Of a stretch of DNA of 64,000 bases, positions 49,091-56,103 are shown piece after piece (the first letter of the stretch is position 1; every line of letters begins with the position of its first letter). The position numbers and the translations under genes were made by a program. This DNA comes from Anaerolineales bacterium (GTDB lineage: Bacteria; Chloroflexota; Anaerolineae; Anaerolineales; RBG-16-64-43), in the NCBI GenBank assembly GCA_016932475.1, contig JAFGCU010000026.1, positions 92,111-156,110 of the forward strand, read 5' to 3'. Below the pieces are notes generated by a model that was not told the DNA's origin, did not search any database, and saw only the letters and a list, made by a program, of their open reading frames with translations.

Positions 49091-51295
49091 ATGTCTGACG
49101 GAATACCCAGCCCAACCGACGGCCCCCCGATCCTCCAAGCCGGGAATCGCGACATGAATTATTTCCTGAGCATGATCGGGTTTCTGACAGCCGCGGCGCT
49201 GCCGGTCGTAATGGCGTTCCTGGGCGGCGAGTGGGTGAGTCGCCAAGGCGCAATCGGCGCCTACATCGGGACGCTGGTGACCCTTTTCGCTTTGTTCCTG
49301 CTTCTGATCGCGGCGGGCGTTTGGTTGAAAAAGCGGGCTCTCCCGCCCCTTGCGGGACTTCCTGCAGCCTATGTAACCCTGGTCGTCCCGGTAACCTGCC
49401 TGCTGATGATGATGACGGTTACTTATCAATTTCCTCCGATGGGATATGGAATGGGGATTTTAATTGCCCATTTGGGATTTCTCATCCTGTGGAGGTTCGG
49501 CCGGGCGCGCATCAGCGGATCCGTCTTTTTGGCATCCATGAATAAAATAATTATTCTATTGCTTCCGCTCTTCTATGGGGGAATTTTCTGGGGTTGGTTT
49601 ATTCAACGATATAAGCCTTTTCTCGGCCGGGGGGCTATTGTGCTTTTGGCGGCGATGATCGCCGGATTCGCCGTGTTCACACAATCCGACAGGTTTAGGC
49701 CTCTGCGGCGGAGATGGAGCTCTCAAGGCTGGATCGTCCTCCTGCTAGGATTGTTGCTTTGCGGATTGGTCTACCAACCGGAGCTGCCCCACCTTCGATC
49801 CCATTACAACACCCTTCTGGCGACCATGCAGGATGTCCTGAGCGGAAAATTCATATTCGTGGATACCTTGTCCCAATATGGGGTCGGGATCGTTTACTTT
49901 TTACTGGCCGTCTTTAACCTCTTCCGGCTGCCGGTCGCATACCCGGGCCTGGCCATCGTTCTGAACGTGTTATACATCCTCCAATTTGCCCTGTTGTTCC
50001 TTATCCTTCATCAGGCAACCAAGAATATATTTATCAGCCTGGCCGGACTTGCCGGAATCCTGTATTTCGCCTACTTCGCCGTCTCCTGGCCGAGCATGCT
50101 GCGCGTCCCGGCGCAAAGCCCTTTACGATACGGGATGACGTACCTATTGCTGGGCGTGGGATGGGCCGGGATGAACCGCACGGGAAGGGTGTGGCGGATT
50201 GCCGAGCTGGTTCTTTTGGGAGCGGCATCGGTGTGGAGCTTGGAAGTATTGTTCTTCACGGTCATCCCCTTGGACGCTCTGCTGTTCACCGGGGGTGTGC
50301 TTTTTTCCGATAAGCCTAGAACCGGGCTGCGCGAATTCGGAAATCGGTTTCTGCTGCAGATCGGCGTGATCGGATTCTGCTGGATCGCATGGTGGGTTGC
50401 GACGGCGATAGCCGCCGGGCAGCCGCCCAACCTTTCCTATTATTTTGAGGTGTTCCTCAAATATACATCCTCGGAGCGATACGGGCCGCAGATGGATTTC
50501 CACTCCTTTTGGAATGGCGTGGTCCCCGCGATTTACCTTGGCACCCTCCTGGCAGTGGTGTTCACATCCTGGAGGCAGCGAAGCCGGCTTCCCGGAGAAA
50601 TCGCCGCTGTAATGGCGGGCTTTTCCGTTGCCGGATTACTGCAATATCTGTATTATTTTGTTTATGACCTAGATTATCACCTATCCCTTATCTGCACGCC
50701 GGCGATCCTTGTGATCGTGCTTTGGATTTTCATATCCCAAAAGGATCGGACCGCCCGGGGGGTTCCTCGGCTCAACCGATGGATTTTCGGATTGACGGTC
50801 ATCATCAGCGTGTGGTTTTGCATGGTTCTGACGAGCGGGTTTTTCAATATTGGGATAAAGAATTCCCTGATTTATAAAATCAATCGGGACTGGTTTTTGG
50901 AAGAATCGCTTGTGTTCACGAATCCATACCGCCTCCAGCCGTCGAACGATACGGTGGTAACCCTGGCCGCCTTTGTTCAAAAATACGCGGCCGGTGATCC
51001 GTCCATTGCGATTTTCGCGAAACCCGAGGACCAGACGGAAGTGCTCCTCCTTACGCACAAGACTCATCTTCTGGATTTAACGGATCCGCTCATTTCCACA
51101 TCCTCCCGGTCGTTTACTTCCCATATCCTGAGCTTGGCAGGGCGGTATGCGGGGGTCCCAGAGTACATTTTCTACGACTCCTCGGAAAACGCGCTGATCG
51201 AGACACAATGGAAAGCCTTCCAATTGCTCGCAGCCGGAGCTTCCTATTCGGTCGTCGACCGGAAGGGAAGCATACTGGTCTACCGGAAGCAATAA
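49091..51295 (+). CDS. large polytopic membrane protein (734 aa), unknown family, GT-C-like architecture
   Basis: An AAGGA RBS precedes the start. About 16 or more hydrophobic segments and a ~130-aa C-terminal soluble domain. GC content is visibly lower and patchier (35-63% per 60-nt line) than in flanking genes. Confidence 0.6.
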   Translation: MSDGIPSPTDGPPILQAGNRDMNYFLSMIGFLTAAALPVVMAFLGGEWVSRQGAIGAYIGTLVTLFALFLLLIAAGVWLKKRALPPLAGLPAAYVTLVVPVTCLLMMMTVTYQFPPMGYGMGILIAHLGFLILWRFGRARISGSVFLASMNKIIILLLPLFYGGIFWGWFIQRYKPFLGRGAIVLLAAMIAGFAVFTQSDRFRPLRRRWSSQGWIVLLLGLLLCGLVYQPELPHLRSHYNTLLATMQDVLSGKFIFVDTLSQYGVGIVYFLLAVFNLFRLPVAYPGLAIVLNVLYILQFALLFLILHQATKNIFISLAGLAGILYFAYFAVSWPSMLRVPAQSPLRYGMTYLLLGVGWAGMNRTGRVWRIAELVLLGAASVWSLEVLFFTVIPLDALLFTGGVLFSDKPRTGLREFGNRFLLQIGVIGFCWIAWWVATAIAAGQPPNLSYYFEVFLKYTSSERYGPQMDFHSFWNGVVPAIYLGTLLAVVFTSWRQRSRLPGEIAAVMAGFSVAGLLQYLYYFVYDLDYHLSLICTPAILVIVLWIFISQKDRTARGVPRLNRWIFGLTVIISVWFCMVLTSGFFNIGIKNSLIYKINRDWFLEESLVFTNPYRLQPSNDTVVTLAAFVQKYAAGDPSIAIFAKPEDQTEVLLLTHKTHLLDLTDPLISTSSRSFTSHILSLAGRYAGVPEYIFYDSSENALIETQWKAFQLLAAGASYSVVDRKGSILVYRKQ

Positions 51296-51367
51296 TCCCC
51301 TATCCGGAAGTGCGGGTTGGAAGATCACATAATTGTCCGTGGCCGTCCTCGACGCCGATATGGTTAA

Positions 51368-52849
51368 TTTCGCCCCTGCCCGGTCTCGCAGCTCTTCCCG
51401 GCCAACCCGCCGCCCACGCCGACATCCACCCCGACGCCGACCAGAACGCCAAGCACCTCGCCGACCAACACGCAGACGCCGACACCGACGTCTCAGGTTC
51501 CTTCCGGCCAGGTGTGGAAACCCCTGCCCCGCCCGATTACGGAGCACCGGTGAGTGTCCCGGCGTGGGAGTGGGCGGGGTTCTACTACGCCGGCTCCCAG
51601 CGTGTGGCGGCGCGTGCCTGCTCCGCCCGATCACGAAGCCGCCGGCGATCTTTCCAGCGCGGGAGTGAGCGGGGTTACCGGCAGCGCGAATCCTCAGGAG
51701 AACGGGCTGCCCGCCCCGCCCGTGCACGGAGCGCCGGTGATCTTTCCGGCGCGGGAGTGGGCGGGGTCACCGGCAGCGCGAATCCTCAGGAGAACGGGCT
51801 GCCCGCCCCGCCCGATCACGAAGCCGCCGGTGATCTTTCCGGCGCGGGAGTGGGCGGGGTTCTACACGGTTGGCGACCATCTTGGCAGCACGAGCCTGGT
51901 CGTGGATTCGGCCGACAACAAAGTCAGCGAGATGCGCTACACGCCGTGGGGCGAGACACGCCACCAAGGGGGGACTCCGCCTACCGACTACGGATACACC
52001 GGCCAGCGGGAGGAAGCCGGGATCGGATTGTATTATTACAATGCGAGGTGGTATGACGCGAAGCTGGGAAGGTTTGCGCAGGGGGATATGGTTATACCTA
52101 AATCAAAACAACCAAATGAATTTGATAGATATAGATATTGTAAAAACAATCCTTTATTGGTTGTCGATCCTAGTGGCAATATACCAAAAGAATGGTTCGA
52201 AAAATATTATGGTTATGATTACGATTGGTTTGTAAAAAATATTGGACGTGATTATGCAAACTTATTATTGGCCGTTATGCCAGGAGATAAAATTGTACTT
52301 GGAGGAAAAACCTATATGGTAGTAACTGATAAAAATGGAAATGTGGTTTTTCAAGCAGAAAACGGGACATTATTAAATGCATTTAATGAAATTGAAGGAG
52401 CGGGATTTAATGACCAGTTTGGTAAAAATCGATTTGATTTTCAAGCGTATAGATTTGTAAGGGGAGGGTCAGGAGGATTTGGAGGAGATGATAGATGGGA
52501 ACTTGCATATAATAGGTTTGGATATCAAAATGGTTGGAGTGACCCAAAGGCCGTTTATGAACATAGATCTGGAACTCTTGAAGGTCTTGCAGGTAAGTTC
52601 ATTGAAGGTGTGATAATGTCGGCCTTTTGTCCGCTTCCGTACGGTGGAAATATCTTATGTGGTGGAGTTATTTCAGTGCTGACACCAGATGGGGTTTTGC
52701 CTATAGGATTGGAGGAAGGAGATGTGGTAATGATGGTTTCATATGAAACAAAACAGGGATTTACTGAAGTATTTGATTGCAGAAACGGCGATATTAATAC
52801 TTCATGGAAAGTAGACCCTGTTCCAGTTCCGACTCCTCCAACGCCATAA
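51368..52849 (+). pseudogene. orphan Rhs/YD-type core C-terminal remnant fused to a low-GC C-terminal toxin-like domain
   Basis: A start-less PT linker is followed by Rhs-core blocks in shifting frames. These are FYYAGSQRVAAR, FYTVGDHLGSTS, YTPWGE, YTGQREEAGIGLYYYNARWYDAKLGRF and RYRYCKNNPLLVVDPSGN. A unique 222-aa tail follows (52181-52846). The longest intact ORF is 51554..52849, from a GTG. Confidence 0.65.
51521..51859 (+). repeat. four copies of a 58-61-nt GC-rich palindromic element at ~92-nt spacing
   Basis: Copies lie at 51521-51579, 51616-51673, 51707-51766 and 51799-51859. Each is bounded by CCCCGCCC...GGGCGGGG, and copies 2 and 4 carry an internal GATCAC...G(T/C)GATC stem. The 32-33-nt blocks at 51674-51706 and 51767-51798 are near-identical. 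Confidence 0.8.
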
Positions 52850-53725
52850 TTAAGCTTATTTTGATTAAGGAGAAAAATGAAAAAAAAATATACGAGAAGA
52901 TCGAATTGCTAAGTAGGCGCGATATATTAATTATTTTTTTCTATCACTCGATAATATATTGGGTGATTGTTCCTATTATTTATTTTCTAGATATACAAAT
53001 ATTAAGACCCTTATATATCTTAATATTTATTTGCTTCGCATTGGATGGATCAATACTATTTTTAAAAAAAAAATAAATCTCAAAAGATTAAGTATATCGG
53101 CATTATTTTGCTAATTTTATTTACTTTTGGAGTCACTAAAATGATGAATGAACTTGCCGGGTAACATTCAATTGTTATTATGTGGCGTGGAGATACGAAG
53201 CTCCCTTCGAGAGCTTAGGTAGAGTGATTGTTGCCCAGAAGGAGCCCGCAATCGAGAAATATTAGTGTGGCGGGCATCGTGTTAAGGAACGGGCATTTAT
53301 GCAATTATTGATATTTGAATAATTATTTCTCTCTGCATGATTATCAGTGGGAATAAAGCTTGGATTTAATTCTCTCCGTAATAGACAAATAACATGGTAA
53401 ATGTAATGGCATCGTGTTTGCGAAATGAGATTGAAAAAGCCTCTTTCGGAAGCAGATTTGGCCACTTTCGGTTGTCTGAAGGAGCTTGACCCGGCGTAAA
53501 GTAGACGGAGGGTATTGTGTTACCCCTCTGAGCGATAGGTGCTGGTGATCTTTCGCTGCGGGGATTTAGCGAGAAGTGATCACAGAGTGGGGTATTACTG
53601 TCTATGGAAAAGGTAGTGAAATTTTTGTTGCGAAATTTACGAACTGACTTCGATCGAGACAAGTAACCGGCGCTATTACACCACGCCCTCTCTACGTACT
53701 TATAAGATAATCTCCATTGAAGGAG
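52085..53725. other. low-GC compositional island (~30-40% GC in a ~65% GC background)
   Basis: I counted GC on individual 60-nt lines, for example 18/60 at 52081-52140. The switch is abrupt at ~52085, inside the Rhs-like ORF. GC-rich sequence returns at ~53725. Confidence 0.85.
52804..53076 (+). CDS. candidate immunity protein (small 2-TM protein), start ambiguous
   Basis: It lies immediately 3' of the toxin-like domain and is AT-rich. The hydrophobic core is ILIIFFYHSIIYWVIVPIIYFL...LYILIFICFAL. An ATG with an AAGGAG RBS at 52877 is out of frame by one nt across an A9 run (52880-52888). The in-frame ATG 52804 has no RBS. Confidence 0.4.
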   Translation: MESRPCSSSDSSNAIIKLILIKEKNEKKIYEKIELLSRRDILIIFFYHSIIYWVIVPIIYFLDIQILRPLYILIFICFALDGSILFLKKK

Positions 53726-53726
53726 A

Positions 53727-53949
53727 CTTCCCCAGCCTCCCCGCTCGCGAAATCTTCGCGCTGGGAAGACTGCCAGTGCTCATCGCTCCCCCGCTTCGTA
53801 ATCGTGCAGGTTCAAAAAACCGAACCTGCACACTCCATGGGGGCAGGCGGGGGAGAGGCTTTTTCCTCCCCCGTTAGTCTTCCCCCCAAGATCATGTCAC
53901 CCTATTTGCCCTCGACAACGTTTGTTTTAGTTTTTTAGGGCAAATAGGG
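53727..53949. repeat. stack of intergenic hairpins
   Basis: Three hairpins are present. CGCGAA-atc-TTCGCG sits inside cttccccagc...gctgggaag. GTGCAGGTTC/GAACCTGCAC spans 53804-53831. CCCTATTTGCCCT (53900-53912) pairs with AGGGCAAATAGGG (53937-53949). Confidence 0.65.
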
Positions 53950-53982
53950 GGCTATAGGGAGGCGGGAGGCTAACGGGAGAAG

Positions 53983-54498
53983 ATGATTGAAGGATATAAT
54001 TATCCCGTGCCCGTCCTAGACGCCAACACGGTTGATTTCACCTCAAGCAGCCCGGAGCAAACCCAGCGGATGGGAGCGCGGCTGGGGGAGCTCCTGCGCC
54101 CCGGCGACCTGATCTGCCTGCACGGGGATCTTGGCGCCGGCAAGACCACGCTGGTGCAGGGCATGGCCCGCGGATGGGGGTCTGCCCGGGCGGCGCGCAG
54201 CCCGACGTTTGTCCTGGTGCACGAATACAAACGCGCCGACGGCAAAGTGCTGTATCATCTGGATGCCTTCCGCCTGAAACCGGGGGAGGGGCCGGGGCTG
54301 GAGATCGACTCGGCCCTCGACCACGGCGCGATGGTGGTGGAGTGGCCGGAACGGGTCGGGGAGATGCTCGAGCGGGACCGGGTTCAAGTGGAGATGCGGT
54401 GGATCGATGACACACGAAGAAACCTCCGCCTCGAAGGCAAAGGCGCGCGGCCGGAAGAAATCCTCCGAGACTTTCGGAAGCTGGCTTTCGGAAACTGA
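53983..54498 (+). CDS. tsaE: tRNA t6A37 biosynthesis ATPase TsaE
   Basis: The Walker A motif GDLGAGKTTLVQG and the block SPTFVLVHEY are present. Confidence 0.85.
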   Translation: MIEGYNYPVPVLDANTVDFTSSSPEQTQRMGARLGELLRPGDLICLHGDLGAGKTTLVQGMARGWGSARAARSPTFVLVHEYKRADGKVLYHLDAFRLKPGEGPGLEIDSALDHGAMVVEWPERVGEMLERDRVQVEMRWIDDTRRNLRLEGKGARPEEILRDFRKLAFGN

Positions 54499-55168
54499 GT
54501 GGATTCTGGCGGTCGACACCGCGACCGAGACGCTTGCCCTAGCGCTCTACGACGGGCAGCGGGTCGCGGCGGAAACCGCCTGGCCGGCGCATATGCACCA
54601 CACGGTCGAGCTTGCCCCCGCGGTCGAGGAGCTCCTGCGCCGGACGGGGGTGAAGCCGGAGGAGATCCGCGCGGTGGGCGTGGCCCAGGGGCCGGGTTCC
54701 TACACTGCGCTGCGGATCGGGATGGCCTTCGCCGCCGGCTTTGCGGTCCCGCACAACCTTCCGGTCTACGGCATCCCCACCTTCGAGATTATCGTCCGGG
54801 CCCAGCCCGTGACGGAAAAGGAACAGGTCGCGGTCCTGCGCGCCGGGCGCGGACGGATTGCCTGGTGCGCGTACAAGGCAGTGGCGGGCAAGTGGAAGGC
54901 GGCGGGGGAGGCGCGGGTTTCCTCCTGGGAGGAACTGGCCGCCGAAGCGCCGAAGAGGGCGCGGATTTGCGGGGAGATCGACCGCGCCGGAAAAGCGGCG
55001 CTGGCCAAACGCCGGGATCTTAAACTTGCGCCCCCGCATCGCAATGCGCGGCGGGCGGGCGTGCTGGCGGAAATGACCGCCGAGCACATGCGCGACCCGG
55101 AAACGCGGCCGATGATGCTCCAGCCGATTTACCTGGATACGATTCCGAAAGCAAAGACGGTCGAGTAG
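54407..55168 (+). CDS. tsaB: tRNA t6A37 biosynthesis protein TsaB
   Basis: Blocks ILAVDTATETLALALYDG and GPGSYTALRIGMAFAAGFA are present. The true start is uncertain: ATG 54407 would overlap tsaE by 92 nt, and the conserved domain begins near 54500. Confidence 0.75.
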   Translation: MTHEETSASKAKARGRKKSSETFGSWLSETEWILAVDTATETLALALYDGQRVAAETAWPAHMHHTVELAPAVEELLRRTGVKPEEIRAVGVAQGPGSYTALRIGMAFAAGFAVPHNLPVYGIPTFEIIVRAQPVTEKEQVAVLRAGRGRIAWCAYKAVAGKWKAAGEARVSSWEELAAEAPKRARICGEIDRAGKAALAKRRDLKLAPPHRNARRAGVLAEMTAEHMRDPETRPMMLQPIYLDTIPKAKTVE

Positions 55169-55172
55169 TATT

Positions 55173-55320
55173 GATCGTCATTCCCGCGCCTGCACCCGTG
55201 GAGCATCCCGGATCGATCCTGGTTCCAGAGACGGGATGAATGCGGAACGGGTGTGCGCTAAGCGGGAATCCAGGGTTTGCGAAAGTGGATGCCCGCTAAA
55301 TGCGCGCGGGCATGACGATC
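55173..55320. repeat. 148-bp MITE-like element (GATCGTCATTCCCGCGC...GCGCGGGCATGACGATC)
   Basis: The 17-bp terminal inverted repeats have one mismatch. This is the same family as the copies at 43871 and 29759. Confidence 0.7.
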
Positions 55321-55334
55321 ACATTCAGGAGTTC

Positions 55335-55462
55335 TCTTCTCTCCCTCATCCGGCCTTCGGCCACCTTATCCCGGCTAACGCCGGGAGAAGGGTAAAAACG
55401 GTAGATGAGCACTCCCTTCTCCCAGCATCAGCTGGGAGAAGGGCTGGTGATGAGGGTGAGGA
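55335..55462. repeat. nested GC-rich hairpin repeat
   Basis: Perfect 13-bp stem: CCCTTCTCCCAGC (55414-55426) with GCTGGGAGAAGGG (55431-55443). Outer pair CCCTCATC/GATGAGGG. It contains the CCGGCCTTCGGCCACC 16-mer shared with 41527. Confidence 0.65.
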
Positions 55463-55566
55463 CTGGCGGGCCGGACAGGCCAGGGAGACCATCGGGAACA
55501 TGGCATGCGATTCCTCGACCGCTGAAGCGGTTTCGGAATGACTTTGATTGCTGTAGCGGCCTCGGA

Positions 55567-56103
55567 ATGACTAAGGTGCTCGTGGACAAATACAGCAAGC
55601 TCGCCGAACTTGCGGGGGAATTCTTCGTCCGGCAAATGCAGCCGGAGGATATTACCGCGGTGATGGAGATCGACCGGGACTCGTTCCCCAACCCGTGGCC
55701 GGAGAACACCTACCGCTACGAACTGCAGAAGAATCCGGCTTCTCATTTGTCGGTGATCCAAACCCGGGAACGCCCACGGGTGGTCGGCGTGGTCGGATAC
55801 TGGCTGATCGTCGACGAGGCGCACATATCGACTTTCGCCGTGCATCCCGAGTGGCGAAACCGCGGGGTGGGCAAGGTGCTCCTGGCCGCGATGCTGCGCC
55901 AGGCGGCGGCTCTCGGAGCGGTGAGCGCGATGCTCGAAGTCCGGGCGGGGAACGCGGCGGCCCAGGCGCTGTACGCGGAATTCGGATTTCGCCCGGTGGG
56001 GATCCGCAAAGGGTATTACAAAAACAACGGGGAGGATGCCGTGCTGATGACGGCCGGGCACCTGGACGGCGGCGGCAATCCGCATCAGGAGGATACGAAG
56101 TGA
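55567..56103 (+). CDS. rimI: ribosomal-protein-alanine N-acetyltransferase RimI
   Basis: GNAT motifs (HPEWRNRGVGKVLL, AQALYAEFGF, YYKNNGEDAVLM) and a RimI-like N-terminus (EIDRDSFPNPW). The alternative start is ATG 55636. Listed ORF start 55405 lies in repeat DNA. Confidence 0.8.
   Translation: MTKVLVDKYSKLAELAGEFFVRQMQPEDITAVMEIDRDSFPNPWPENTYRYELQKNPASHLSVIQTRERPRVVGVVGYWLIVDEAHISTFAVHPEWRNRGVGKVLLAAMLRQAAALGAVSAMLEVRAGNAAAQALYAEFGFRPVGIRKGYYKNNGEDAVLMTAGHLDGGGNPHQEDTK

Noticed and set aside
49091-51520. The 734-aa membrane protein and the PT-linker/Rhs remnant are in the same reading frame, suggesting an original fusion
   Set aside because: Two in-frame TAA stops (51293 and 51365) and an unrelated 70-nt segment separate them. 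Sharing a frame has a one-in-three chance, and there is no other support.
51521-51859. CRISPR-like geometry: four ~60-nt repeats separated by 32-36-nt unique segments
   Set aside because: The repeats are too long and too divergent (copy 1 differs substantially), and two of the spacers are nearly identical. The spacers concatenate into a canonical Rhs-core peptide, so they are coding remnants and not acquired spacers. No cas genes or leader are present.
51616-51859. Possible diversity-generating retroelement TR/VR pair (near-identical 92-nt units differing at a few A/G positions)
   Set aside because: Only 2-3 differences exist, and they are not biased to adenines in one copy in the way DGRs show. 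There is no reverse transcriptase or accessory gene in the window, and the units are tandem and out of frame.
53262-53662. Two minus-strand ORFs (67 and 98 aa) in the AT-rich tract as possible extra immunity genes
   Set aside because: They have no RBS, their translations are S/N/R-rich and low-complexity with no hydrophobic or recognisable domain, and they overlap each other. They are left as non-coding pending transcript data.
53717-53938. Listed 73-aa ORF upstream of tsaE
   Set aside because: It is built entirely from stacked hairpin repeats (cgcgaaatcttcgcg, gtgcaggttc...gaacctgcac). It has no RBS and a low-complexity translation.
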